Shown: positions 1 through 13,293 of the stretch, piece after piece
How the letters are laid out: each line of letters starts with the position of its first letter
How positions within the stretch are numbered: position 1 is the stretch's first letter
DNA from: Haliotis rufescens
Lineage: Eukaryota
DNA: 64,000 nt
Direction of reading: 5' to 3'
Assembly (NCBI RefSeq): GCF_023055435.1
Contig: NW_025963891.1
Span: 5,766,001 to 5,830,000, forward strand
Made by a program: the position numbers and the translations under genes
The notes under the pieces: model-generated
Databases searched by the model: none
Told to the model about the DNA's origin: nothing
The model's input: the letters and a program-made list of their open reading frames with translations, nothing else

Positions 1-509
1 AATGTTGTTGATTCATCCTTTTGTATTCATAGATTCACTGGTTTATGGTGGTTGTAGGACTCTCCTATAAGATGAAACTTTTTTTATGACTGGTATTTTT
101 TCATATTCAGTTCATTTGTAATGGTTTTTTCACATCATCATCATTAACAGCCGATTACCTAAATATTGGGGGGGGGGGGGGGGAGAGAGAAATGTACTCC
201 CTGACCCATCCAGATGTGTTTATATTAGTTTCATACTATAACTAAAGCAAAGTATTGAACTAAACATTAACAACATTCTAGAAATCCATGAAGTTTAACA
301 CTGGGTTCATACATATTTGAAGTGTTTTGACAGCAAAGAATGATAGATTGTGGGCACATGAATATCAAGAAAAGTGTACCTTACAGAAATTCAGTCAACA
401 TGGTTAACAGAAAAGATAGCAACAAACGTATATGCCAGTGATTGCTCACAGGGTGTTGGGGGGGGGGGATCTTGAAAACTACTTTGTGTGTATGAACCCA
501 GGAGCCATA

Positions 510-676
510 TGTGTAGAACCTCAGAGCCCCACTTGGTGCCTTTAAGTGGAGCCTGACTGGTGTTGTGTAGAACCTCAGAGCCCCACTTGGTGCCTTACAG
601 TGGAGCCTGGCTGGTGTTGTGTAGAACCTCAGAGCCCCACTTGGTGCCTTACAGTGGAGCCTGGCTGGTGTTGTGT
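510..676 (+). repeat. Tandem repeat, 54-bp unit x3
   Basis: tgtgtagaacctcagagccccacttggtgccttacagtggagcctggctggtgt repeated. Confidence 0.9.
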
Positions 677-1627
677 ATAAAGTTGTTGGGAAATGTGCAC
701 TGTAGTGATGTCTCGGGAGTCGCTACAGCAACTTGTATCTGCCACAGATGGATGTATCAGCTGTGGCACACTGGCAGACGTGGATGCTACGTATCCCATT
801 TTAAGTATGATGTCACTGTGGGATACATGTGCTTACACTACTTGAATGTGTTGAGTATTACAATTATTGTTATGAATAAAATAAAAAAATATTCATATTT
901 TGTGTTGAGTTTTTCAAATACTATCTAGGAACAAGCAGGCCCTGTGCTGCAGTTTCCTCAAGGACGAATACTTGCCACCTGTCTTCAGTCTATCATCACT
1001 GCTTGACTGCCAACATTTACAGACAGCTGGGTCTTAATTGAATACTGGTGATCTGTTATCTGATACAAGGAACTTTGGCTGTGTTCTTTAGAAAGGACTT
1101 AATGCCACTAAAAAGAATAGGTCTGAGAATACCACTAATTGAACGACACAATTTGATGTTCATACGTTTTTCACGAGACCATGTTCTTAAAATGACATAA
1201 ACACTGACGGACTACTTCCACATTCCTGGGAATTCCCTTGCACGAAAACATACATAAGCGTTCTTTCTGATAATTTAGAACCTTTATTCTTGGTCTCAGC
1301 GTTTCAGTTTACATTGAGACATGTCAGAGAGCATGACTGCATGATTGTTCACGAATATCCTCGCTACGGCCTATCCTAATGAACAAACGAAGAAATGCAC
1401 ATCTAAACTATCGTAGTATCAACTCGATCCGTGCCTAGGCTGACATTGACCGTCTCCAGCAATCTGTGAACTTGCCTTGGTGTCCTAATCTTTACTTTCA
1501 ATGATCGGCCAGTTGATCAATGATGACTAACACATGTAACTGCTACAGGTTCATTAACAACTTCGTAAATCTCTCCCGTCATGTTTATCGTGTCGGCCAT
1601 TTTGACGTCTTGTACTTGATCTAAATG

Positions 1628-2266
1628 TATACTGAACACCAAAAGAAACGCGAATCAAGAAGGTATAGGAAACATGATGTATTTTGTTTCAGCTGGTATA
1701 AACATAATAATGATGGATACAACACAATTCAATAGCAATAAGAAAGAGTCAGTTCTCTGGACATCAGACATCTTCTGTAGCCATCAACACAACACCATGT
1801 GGCCATGCTGAAGTCAACTGAAGTATGGGTACACCTCAATACCTGGTATGGCCCCCATTTGAATTCACAAGCGCGACACACCGTCTGTGCATGGACGGTG
1901 TGAATAAGACGGTTGGTAGTGTTCATGGGGATGTGACGCCACACCTGCAGGATGGTAATCTCGAGCTGTGCAGCTGTCCTTGGCCACAGTGACACTTTTG
2001 TGGCTTTTAAAGACAACATCTTCACGGACAGTTTTTGCGGCATAAGCAGCACGTGCATTTCGTGCGTATCAATCCCACACTGACATAACGTCGGTGCGTT
2101 TGAGTGCTGTGGATTAAGAGTCTACTGCCCTTAACTCTGGTTAGGGTCATTTTGAAACAATTAAAGCCCATTACAATGGAACCATAGCAGCCAACCATTT
2201 TCACAACAATTTTCCCATATTAAATAGGAACTTGAAGATTTCGCGTTTCTTTTGGTGTTCAGTATA
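1628..2266 (-). mobile_element. Internally deleted Tc1-family DNA transposon
   Basis: TIRs tatactgaacaccaaaagaaacgcgaa / ttcgcgtttcttttggtgttcagtata with TA ends. The minus strand encodes a frameshifted Tc1 C-terminus PRTAAQLE..VWRHIP..SMHRRCVALVNSNGGHTRY*. Confidence 0.85.
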
Positions 2267-2974
2267 TTACGAGGCACTGTCATTGTGGCTGACTTAGTGA
2301 GGTAGTTCTTTACAGACCTTACTCATCTAATAAGGATATGATGCGTAAGATGTTTCTGAAGAGCAAGTTGTGCATCCATACGCCCATGTCACCTCTTTTT
2401 GAGGAACTATTTTACTCCGTGTTATATAGCTGGTTGTTGTATGGCTGTCAGTGTAAACAGGAAGTCACATGAAAAAAGTGTTTAGATCATGGCCTACATC
2501 CTTTGAGGTAAGAAATTGTGACAAAAACAATTATAAGAATTGACTTTCACTTTGTGTGAGATCATTGGAGTATGAACCTTCATAGGGTGAGGGCCAAACA
2601 TTGTATGTTGCAAGCTCCGACATTCATACAGTACAAAACCTTTAGGAATGGTCCTTCCATTTGGAACAAGGTCACTCGAATACACCACTTCGTGACTGAA
2701 GCGGTGAGTGTTTCATGTTGAAGTGGAAGGTATTCAGATTGTAGATGTTTAACACTTCGGGGACAGGATCAAGGTTCATAATCAGGTCCAAAAAATGGGA
2801 TTTTTAACCCATGATCAGCAGATTCCAACATGGCAGCATGCACAAATTACAGAGTCGCCAAGGATCACAGATGACTGATTCATTACAAGACAGATTCAAG
2901 GAGTACATGTTTATTTCAAGGTCAAGGCGCATCATTCATACATCATCGCTTCCCCAACCTACAGACACCTAGAC

Positions 2975-3413
2975 TAGGGCTGTCCCCGACTGGTAATATC
3001 TTTGTTGAACTTATACAAGACATTTCTTACTATAGTAGAATTTGGAGAACTATTTAACAACTATCCGATTCGAATTGAAAATCGGGTTAGAAAATATTCC
3101 CAAGTCATCCAGTCCTCGAGAAGTAACATTCAGAAAGAACTAGTGACATTACCTGGTGGATTACAACTCGGTAGTAGATAAGGACTTGTGAAAACAGGAA
3201 AGAATTGGGGCCAAAGCAATACTGAATACTATTCCGATGACATCTTCCAGCACATTCAGACCCCACCGGGTATTACAAGTATATATCAATTGTGGAATAT
3301 ATTTCCAAGTAGTGTTCTGTAATGACAGTTGACCCAAGTTAAACAATTCTATGTGTACCAATTTGTGAACCTGGAGATACTCCAGTAGAGTGACTACGTC
3401 GATGACAGCCCGA
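2975..3413. mobile_element. Possible old hAT-type MITE
   Basis: Imperfect TIRs tagggctgtccccgac / gtcgatgacagcccga. No clear TSD. Confidence 0.4.
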
Positions 3414-4197
3414 GCATACTATCTTGTACAGCAGCACAACTATACCTGGTATCAGCCAGGCTCTTCATGGCACTAGGAATTACTCTCTGCAACTCTAATC
3501 TATCACACATTCACACAAATAACAAGATGAAATATCGGTATATACAACGCCAATCCATGTCTCTCTAAATGCCTGGCAACCAATAAAGGTGCCTTCTGCT
3601 CCAAGGTCAATGCACCATTGGGGGAACTGTGTCGACGATCCTACTGTCTTTGCTGTACAATGTGGTCAAACACTGAATGGACGATGATAACAACTAAACA
3701 TATCCATGAATACTTGAATAATGAAATGCTAACATGCCTGTCGAAGTGTTAGATGGTTGCCACAAGTAGCAAAATTTATCAACTTAAAATTTTTATGATC
3801 TTCTTCTGTCATATATTGACCAAATCAATAGGAATTAAAATGCCACCTGGCCAATTACTACTGTAATCTTGGAAACGGAGCTACACACTCTGCATTTCAG
3901 ATATGACCTTAAACCATGGTCATTTGACTACCAGCACATTCAATGCAAAAGTAACAAAAAAACAAGTCTGTGCCATGAGCCACTTGTCAAAGTCTCGTGA
4001 ATACATTGTCAGTTTACTCCATAGGTCAAGATCGTCTGTGTTCAAATACATAATACAAGGTATCCAACTTGTGTTCATAGATGTCGCAGTGTTCGATTCA
4101 TCTTCCTCATTCACAGTAACGCCATGTACATCAGATGTATGTAAATGCAGTCACATGTCAGTCGATTGGCCAATGAAATCATCCCCAAACTGGCCAA

Positions 4198-7100
4198 TCA
4201 GTCGATCTCTACCTCTCCTCCAACTGCAATGAGCGTCTCCTTCAGTTTCTCCGCCTCGTCCTTAGGAATATCAGCCTTAACTACCTGGGGTAGGGAATCA
4301 ACAAACTTCTTGGCCTGCAAAAAATAACGTCCTTGTAAAAAAGGTCACATATAGTAAAGTAAAAGTGAATGCAGTCAGTTGAATTCCAGCTTAATACAGC
4401 AGCCTATAAATACAGCATAAATAACAATGGACCAGGTAAACCAAAGTTACCACTGTTTAATACTTGTACAGCATACCCAGGTGAGCTAACAAGTTACCAT
4501 TGTTTAGTACTTGTACAGCATATCCAGGTGAGCTAATGAGTTACCATTGTTTAGTACTTGCACAGCATACCCAGGTGAGCTAACAAGTTACCTTTGTTCA
4601 GTACTCGTACAGCATATCCAGGTGAGCTAACGAGCTACCATTGTTAAGTACTCACACAGCATACCCAGGTGAGCTAACAACTGATTTCTTTTCCAAAAAC
4701 ATATTTGCCTTTTTCAATTTCCTCTCACCTGTACCAAATTCATCCCTGATATAAGATTTTTAATTTCTTTGATGACTTGAATTTTTTTGCTCATATCAAT
4801 CTTGACAAGTTTCACGGCAAAAGCCATCTTCTCTCTTTTAGGTGCCACTTCTTCCTCTTCCTCCTCCTGGAAAAAGAAACACACTGAAACAATGTAGACT
4901 ATCTGGTCAGTAGGGGCTCATCTAGGTCAGATTTGACTGGAGGATTATAGACAACCTGTCTTACTCAGATCATCACTGGCTTGGGATCTAGAGCTAAGCC
5001 TTCATGAAAAGTACCTCAACCAACAAATAGAGATGGGAACAGAAAATACACAACCAACAAAAGAAATTATTCCAGACTTTATCTCATTTAAACACTATTG
5101 AAGTCCACTATCAAAGCAACAGCCAGAACACGGCATATTGCGAAACTTGCCACCTGCACCCCTCAATAAGCAATAATTTTATTCCAAAATTTATTTTCAA
5201 TTTCTCCAAACTATGACAAATTCTGTTTGGTAGTGTTTTGTTTGTTTGTTTGTTGTTTAACGCCGCACCCCGCAATATTCCAGCTATACGACAGAGGTTT
5301 GTAAATAATCGAGGCTGGACCAGACATTCCAGTGATTCACATCATGAGCATCGATCCATGCAACTGGGAGACAATGACATGCATCATCAACCAAGTCAGC
5401 GAGCCTGACCACCCGGTCCCGTTAGTTGCCTCTTCCGACAAGCATAGTCGCCTTTTATGGCAAGCATGGGTTGCTGAAGACCTCTTCACGGGTCTGTTTG
5501 GTACTGCTTGTACTAGTCCGGACTGATGCTGATTTATAGTGCTAGCACACTGAGATACCATGCCGCAGTTTAACATGAATACCCCACTCAAACACAGTAT
5601 ACTGACTCTGAGCCGACCAGTCCTTGTTTTAGCCCCTTACTGCCAAGCGCCAGACATGGTAACAACAAGTACCATCTTTTAACACCTTTTGGTATGACGC
5701 GGTCAGGGATCGAGACCCAACCTTCCGCTCTCCGGGAAGACTCTCTACCACTAGACCACGGAGGTAGTCAACTAGTCCAAGAAGCAGCTACTGGACATCA
5801 CTGCTCAATAGTGCATACAAGAACTCTCCGACACTTTGATGAGATAAACATAACTTGATCACTGATCAACCTGATTACGTCCAGTCTTACCCGAGCTGCT
5901 GGTGCTGCCGAGGCTCCCATTGCCATCATGGGCGTGTCGGAGATGTTCAGGTTTTTCTGGAAAACAAAAACTAGTTCAATAATAGAGTAACACTGAAAGG
6001 AATTCTACATGTGAGGTAACATGGAGTTGTATGTTTAAGTTCAATATTATCGCACTTATATAGAAACATGCATGTGACTGCGTCTACCAGGCTAGAATTA
6101 TGCTGGTTTACAGTGCTAGCTAACTGAGATACCATGTCACAGTTTAACATGAATACACCACTCAGACACGGTGTATTGACTCAGGACACGCCAAGCAGGG
6201 TAACAACAAGTACCATGCGTAAATGTCTTTAAGAATAACACAGTCAGGGGATTGAAACACAGACCTTCCACTCTCCGGGGCAGACGTTCTATCTACTACA
6301 CCATGGAGACAGTTGCCATGAATACTAGAGGAGACTCTACAATGCATGTTTCACTGAAGCCCAAAAAGAATAATGTGTTTTTTGATTACAACCCATCTAA
6401 AGATAGAGTAGGCTAAGGTTTATTTGTAAGGTTACTTAAAGCCACACTCAGCAATATTCCAGCTATATGATGAGAGTCTGTAAATACTCAAGTCTGGACA
6501 GGAAAACCAGTGATTGACATCATGACATCATGAGCATTGATCTTGGGAAACAATGACATGCATCAACCAAGTCAGCAAAACTGACCATCTGATCCTGTTA
6601 GTCAACTCTTACGACAAGCAAAGTCGCCTCCTAAGACAACCACAGGTGGCTGAACATCAATTCTAACCTGGATCTGGGCAGGATAAGGATTTTTTAAACT
6701 TTTTCGTTTCTCTGAAAAACAATAATATTCACCGACAGTAAAAGCCTGCTCACAAAGATAATAACGGAAGTGGAACACATGTAGTGGCACTGGGAGGGTG
6801 GTAGAAGCTATGGTTCCAATCATGAAAAATGAGAAAAAGGTTCAGAGTCCGGCTTCAGATAAGTGTTCGAAAACTGGCAACACGCCTACATCTTGTCTGT
6901 TGTGTCAACGACATCTTCATTGTTCAGTGTATTCAGACAAGTAAACAGTACAAAATTATCATGACAGCACTTACCTTGAGAAGCTCATTTAAGTCTGCCA
7001 CTTCAAACAATGTGAGGCCACTTATCTCCTCCACAATCTTCTGTATTTTTGGAGGGTACTGTTTGTCTGTGCCTTCGGCCTGTGGAGGGGGGATAACTCC

Positions 7101-8936
7101 TGCACTGCACGCCCGTACTGAGGCAGTCCTGGGCAGGGCCTGGAGGGCAGCTTGCTGGCGACACACCAGCCTGAAGTGAAGAGTCTCTGTGAATTGTTTG
7201 TGGTATGAACTACATGTATTTCTGCCATGTTACAGAAACAAAACAGCTTGAAGAGTCACCAGAAATACATCTTAATTTTCCTTACAAGCCTCTGGAGCCT
7301 ATATATATATGACACATTATCTTTCCTGATTGTGAGTGAGCGATTTGCTTTTAACATCACTTGTAGCAGTATTTTCAGCATCACGTGGGAAGAGAGTGCA
7401 AGGCTTGCAGACATGGTAGGGTATTCACCATTTTGGTGAAGCGCATGAATCATGTACATTATCATGAGAATCATTGTCTGTCAGAATCTGGGATTCAAAC
7501 ATACGCTCGCTGCAAAGCAAAACCATTTGAAGAAACAAACAGAATGAAACACTTCCAACACTGCTACCATATATCTCATGTGTGCTGGGTACATGTCAAT
7601 GTATATCTACCAACCACTGTACGTGTATGGGTATTGGACATACGTTTCATAACTTGGGTTACAATGTGTGAAGAGAGGTTTACCCAAAATACTGTGTTCA
7701 GTTATGTATAGCTGCCTGTTGTCTCACTGACCATCACAGATCTCACTTAAATCTCTTTCCTATCTCAGTGTGATCAGTTTAGAATTTTACATCTTCACAA
7801 GCCCTTGGGTCCCTTACAATATTTTTGGCTAATAGTTTTTTAGGCCTACAGTAATAATCATAACAGAAATGGGATAAAAATGACTACTCACTGAAATTAC
7901 CATATCAAATTATGTACGTGTACAACTTGTACAAGAGTTATGTAGAAGTAGAGTTGAGGTAAGGGTAAATGTTTCTTAACATTACAGTCAAGATTATTGC
8001 ACTTATATAGCGACATCAGTGCATGCGTTCACGCAGTGTGTCTGCTTCTACTATTCAGGACTATGCCGATTTTTAGTGCTAGCACACTGAGATACCATAA
8101 TGCAGTTTAACATGAATACCCCACTCATACACAGTACACTGACTGAGCCGACCAGTCTTTTATCCCTGTAATGCCAACTGCTAGGCATGGTAACAACAAG
8201 TAACATCTTTTGGTATGACACTCCGGGCAGACGCTCTATCCACTAGACCACAAAGGTATAGATGACAGTAGAGAAAGTTGTAAGTTCATTTGTAGTGATT
8301 ATCAGTGGCGTGAGTGGAATTCAGAGTTACCACCTCTGGTTGTTTACAAACAAGACAAGCTTCATTAATCGAGAAGTTTCAAGATGGGACAGCTTCCTGA
8401 TGGTTGGCTGTACCTATACAAGAGTGACACAAGGGCGATTTAAGATCTTTTTCAACCTGATTTGTGACTTGTCTACTTGCCAAATGCCCTTTGGATACCT
8501 ATATGAGAACACTGGACGCTGACAACTCTGAACATTCGTGAGTGCCCGTTAATTCTAGGGCCTGTTACATAGCTGTAACTGCAGCCACTCATTTGACTGA
8601 TTGTATTGCATTTTTTTGGTAAACCTGAAAAAGTATTTGTAGATAACTTGTTGATTATTTATTGATCTTTTGTGGTCATTTACTAATTTCATTGTTCAAT
8701 GTGTTTCAATTTGGAAATCACAAGGGACATATTTTAGAGAATACATCACAGTATAAGTAACCTACCTGATCGAAAATAGAACGACGGACAGTAAGGTCAA
8801 AGAAAGTTTATCATAGTTGGGTTCCTACCAATTTCAGCATATTAAGATGTAACTTGGTTTATTCGTATTCATACCGAAACAGTGTCTCATTGTCTGCCAC
8901 TTACCTTCTGCAGTAGTTTGACAGCCTCGATGCCAT
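4198..8936 (-). CDS. MRPL12: Mitochondrial ribosomal protein L12 (bL12m), 5 coding exons, ~182 aa
   Basis: Exons 8905-8936, 6975-7170, 5891-5956, 4729-4866, 4198-4314, all GT-AG, 549 nt in frame. Translation has YPPKIQKIVEEISGLTLFEVADLNELLK and the L7/L12 C-terminal domain [57 protein letters not shown]. Confidence 0.95.
4447..4680 (+). repeat. Tandem repeat, 47-bp unit x5 (MRPL12 intron)
   Basis: ttaccattgtttagtacttgtacagcatacccaggtgagctaacaag. Confidence 0.9.
5238..5494 (-). mobile_element. Family A retroposon copy inserted at the tail of a family B SINE
   Basis: Flanked by CTGTTTGGTA at 5223-5232 and 5494-5503. Confidence 0.8.
5504..5765 (-). mobile_element. tRNA-derived SINE family B with Meta/MESC-like core
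   Basis: Minus strand has A box TGGTCTAGTGG and B-box-like TCTCGATCCC, then GTCATACCAAAAG..AAAAGATGGTAC..TGGCGCTTGGCA. Other copies approx: minus strand 6030-6307, 7965-8255, 42285-42465; plus strand 29900-30135, 34700-34935. Confidence 0.75.
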
Positions 8937-9198
8937 GACTAAAGATCTTGAAGCAAGCATTTCACCCCACATGCACGAAGATGTCAAACACGAGATGAAT
9001 GCTTTCAAAGGCTGTGATTGGATAAAAGTACTTACCTAACACTGTACTTCCGTTTCCGTCGAAAACACGTGTTCGTGTTACGGTGCAAGGGCTGTCTAGA
9101 AACAACTGTTACTGTAACTTAAATAACCGACAGAATTGTACATACTGGGAATAATAACTGGAACTAGTGCACGCCCGTTGTCATCTTCCAGCCGGAAA
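8937..9198. promoter_or_regulatory. Bidirectional promoter MRPL12/TMA16
   Basis: Divergent ATGs are 263 bp apart. Inverted CCAAT (GATTGG 9016-9021), ETS-like ACTTCCGTTTCCG 9046-9058, E-box AACACGTGTT 9064-9073. Confidence 0.75.
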
Positions 9199-9759
9199 AT
9201 GCCAAAGGCACCTAAAGCCAAGGTTGGTCAAAACAAAAAACCCATTCATCCTAACAGCAGGAAGGCAGCTGCGTTGTCAAGGAAAGCGTTTCGGGATGTG
9301 CGAATTTCTAAAGATAAATCGGCAAGAAGTAAGCTGGATGTTCTAGCGGAAAAATGTGACTGGTTCAGGGAAAACATTGACTCCGACAAATCTGTGTATA
9401 CGAGGGAAGAGCTTTGTGAACTCAGTAATCGCTACTTACACAGGTTTGATGACGAGATTGAGCAGATTGATATTGTGTCTCGGATTGGAAACCGACAAGG
9501 CAATCAGCACGCCTCCAGGCTAGCGGCAATAAAGCTGACCCAGGACAGTGACAAGAATGAGTTGGAGAGTGTTGGACTTGATGTTCCCGATTTAATGAAC
9601 AAATCAACCTTCAGTGAGTTTAAACTGTGGGGCGGTGAAACAAAATATGTTCAGAATTTCAAGCTGAAGAAAATCCACACAAGTGATATAGACAAAGTTG
9701 ATGAGGAAAATATTACAAATAATGACAGTGATGACGAAAGTGATGTTGACCAGGCCTGA
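9199..9759 (+). CDS. TMA16: Translation machinery-associated protein 16, intronless CDS, 186 aa
   Basis: ORF begins MPKAPKAKVGQNKKPIHPNSRKAAAL (TMA16 N-terminal HPxSRKA motif). It also has YLHRFDDEIEQI and an acidic tail. AATAAA at 9890-9895. Confidence 0.9.
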   Translation: MPKAPKAKVGQNKKPIHPNSRKAAALSRKAFRDVRISKDKSARSKLDVLAEKCDWFRENIDSDKSVYTREELCELSNRYLHRFDDEIEQIDIVSRIGNRQGNQHASRLAAIKLTQDSDKNELESVGLDVPDLMNKSTFSEFKLWGGETKYVQNFKLKKIHTSDIDKVDEENITNNDSDDESDVDQA

Positions 9760-12700
9760 ACCTGATTCAGACCAGAGAAATATGTTAACACATTGACCTG
9801 TGTAAATAAGATGGTAAATTGTTCAGCCTCCACATTTAGGAAATTGAGATGTGACATGTCCTTTCAAATGGAAAGGTTTTGGACAAATGAATAAATCGAA
9901 CTCTTGACTGGATCTAGTTCATGCTTCATTTTGTGTTCAGCAATGCGCTGTGCCAGAAATGTATCGCGGGTTTGAATCCCTGATTAGCTCTGGTCATATT
10001 TCTTTAAAAATTGTTTGTCAGCACCATACCCATGTTCACTCGCTATGGCTCCTTAGATCCTGATTGCAGGGGTTAGTACTTGCAGCCCCAGAATTGAATT
10101 GTATGTCACTGGGCATGTTGTTTTGTATGGTACTTGTCCACAAAATACATAAGCTGGTATCATGTGTTCACAATGGAGAAACACTTCTCCCTGCTAAATA
10201 TCAACTGATTGTGAAGAGATGAATGCCCTTGAGTACGGGTGTTATTGATGGGAAATTTAGGTACTTAAAAAGAAATCACAATATATTGATTAAGAATAAA
10301 ATTAATTATGATGCATTTGTTGAGATCAAAATTACGAATGTAGACCTAAAATTAATGCAAAATATGAACTAAGCTGATCCATCAAAATGTTTAAAATTCT
10401 AACTGTCCCTCTTCACCATGGCAATCTTATATGTTTGTTTATTGTTTAACGCCACAATCCGCAATATTCCAGATATATGATGGCAGTCTGTAAGTAATCG
10501 AGTCTGGACTAGATTATCCAGTGACATCACAAGCATAGATCCATGCAATTGGGATACGATGACATGCATCAACCAAGTCAGCAAGCCTGACCACCTGTTA
10601 GTCGCCTCTTACGGCAATCTTATAATGTGAATTTTTCTGTGGAAGTGACTTAATAATTTAGTATCGATATTCATAAATTTGTATCGATGCATCAACATTA
10701 ATAAATCATCAACTTCAAGATTTATGACCTACTTTATCTGTCATTGCTTCACCAGCTGAGCATTTCAAGTACTGGTAATGTTGCTGTGCATTCTGCAGTG
10801 GAAGACTCTGTGTCTTGTATTAAAGAACATTCATGTTAATGATGGTCAAACATATTATGGTGATGGACCGTGGTAGAATTATCGCCTTCTGAATACTGGG
10901 TCTTATTCTGGAGGCAGCATGATCATGTAACAAGTGAATGTTTGATAGGATGTTGCATGCTGCATCAGTGATTTTGCAGACAGAGATTTTCGCGACCATC
11001 ACCTGATGCATTTCCTGTCCTCTTCATATCTGATGTGGGTTCTGATAAAAGTTGATCTCTGTGAAGCACCACTGAACCGGAGCAACTAAAGAATATGGAT
11101 TGATACAAATAATAAGTCTCTAGCTGTCCTGAATTCTGACATTTCTTGAATGCCACAATTAATATGGCAGCACTGTCCCTGTAACATTCATTATATTGTC
11201 AATTGTCTTGAAACTCAGATTTGAGTTTTGACTTCAAAATAACCTAAAACATCAATATTGTTATTTATGAACAGATAGCACTTGGCATTAAACAAGTAAT
11301 TTTCAGCAAAATAACTCAATAATAGTGACAGAAGCAGCCAGTGCATCATAAGACAGGACCCAGTTGCTGGTAACTTACAGTGGAAAGAAAAGCAAGTGGT
11401 AGCATGTACCTAGGACCAGTCAGTATATACTACCAGAATCGAAAGACATTACAGAACACCCAATTATTTTCGTATGACTAGTTTTATCTGTAATGGCTGG
11501 TGGGTATTGAAACCAATTGTGGATGTTGTTTAATTTGTTTTCAGTAGTATACAAGAGTGGATGTTATATCAGTATCAAACTTGTAGTCACACAGGTTCCT
11601 CAACAATCAAATACTTGTGAATTCTCCACTCAGGAATATTCCTCGTCCACAACAGGTGGTGTATCAGACACTACCAGCAACCCTGTTCACAATGTTGATT
11701 TTGTGTCCTTCATCATTGTTTAAGCATGTTATCAATTTGCCGACATATTTTCAATAATAAACTACAGACAATAACAGCACGGACTCGCTGTCACAGACAG
11801 TGTTCTTTTTGTAAATCCCTAGCATCAGGAATGAAGTCCCATAGCCTGAAAGTTTAAAAGTACATTCAAGCAAGGAACCAAAGGTCATCTTTAGATTTAT
11901 TCCTTGGAAATTAGATTTTGTATTACTGATTATGTCCTGCTTAACAAAAGCGAGTGTGAGAGCTTTGAACCATGTTCATGTTGTCACCAGAGCAACAAAT
12001 AGGAGCTGATTAAACACAACAGCATACACAGACGCTCCTCCTCACAGTGGGCCAAGATGGCTCTGATGCAAGATTGCTGTCAAAACCCCATCCCTTTGAC
12101 CAGGCAGAACCCTCCTTGGACAACTGGACATCCCAAACTATTCAGAACATACAGCATAGCAGTATGTCACCATCATGCACATATTTCAGAGTTGATCGAC
12201 CCGTGAAGATTTGGGGTAGAATAGGTCTTCCAACCCATGCTTGCCGTAAAAGGCGACTAACGGGAAGGAGTATGTTCAAAGGTGTATAGAAGAAGTTCAT
12301 GTTTTGCATGTGAAAAGGCGTCCTTAAAGGTTTCAACTATGCAGGCTCAAGTTTCAGGTTAGTTTGAACTGCCAAAAGTCATTGCATCATAATTTTTGGC
12401 TAGTATAGCAAGCAGTTCGAAGTGACCATTGTCTAGTCTACAAGCCATTAATATCTGCATGGCGTAGCCAGTGACAGTGGACACCATGTAAAGAATGCCA
12501 GGCACCATGGTTACTGTGCAGCTTTTCTTCTCGGTACTTAAACTGTTAAATACTAAACTTTAATTATAACCTTGAAAAATTTCATTAAAAATCTAATTGC
12601 GTAGGAGCTTTAGTCTGAATAATGGTTCAATTCAAACTTAATAATTGTGTTTAGGGATGTATTCTCGTGGGGCAACGATATTAAGGGATGGCTGTCATGG

Positions 12701-13293
12701 AAAGATGGCGACAAGGAAGTGGAAGTTGCCAAAATTGATCACATTTACTGGTATTTGGGGAGAGTTCTATTTTCTCAAATTAACAAAAAATCATAAACTT
12801 TGATCATAATTTAGGGACTGGTCATTATTATATGTAAAGACATCTGAATTTGCCACATTTATTAATCCCGCAACAAAAACCTGATGGCATATTTCACGAA
12901 AAACGTTTTCTAAACAAGGACCCACTGCTAAATTCTATGCCGATGTTCAATAAACACAGGGTTTGCCCTGACAAAGAAAACCTGCGTATTAGAGAATCAA
13001 GATGTTTTTATGTATGTTTTTAATAAAAAATATAATTCATTACGAAATCTAATATCAATTAGTGTTTTCTTAAAATGACCCCCTTCAAAAGACAAGACTC
13101 CCTGTATTACAGTTAGGGAGTCATAATGGAAACAAAGTTCTTAATTTACACCAGCCTACCAGTTGAGGAGAAAACTCAGCTCAAGATAATAGCTCTATTT
13201 TTCATCTACCAACAGATATTTATGGTGTGGCTTAGCTGTTTCATGTACAGCAACTGCTATTACTGTTACCTGGTTTGTTTCAACCACTTATCA

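Noticed and set aside
168-183. Poly-G runs (also 458-468) as G-quadruplexes
   Set aside because: Simple homopolymers with no supporting context.
9136-9198. N-terminal extension of TMA16 in the ORF track
   Set aside because: It starts at a TTG, and homology begins at MPKAPK (9199).
12198-12264. Canonical HDV-like, hammerhead, twister or pistol ribozyme call
   Set aside because: The defining conserved cores (HDV P1 and P1.1, CUGAUGA/GAAA) are not present. Kept only as an unclassified structured motif.
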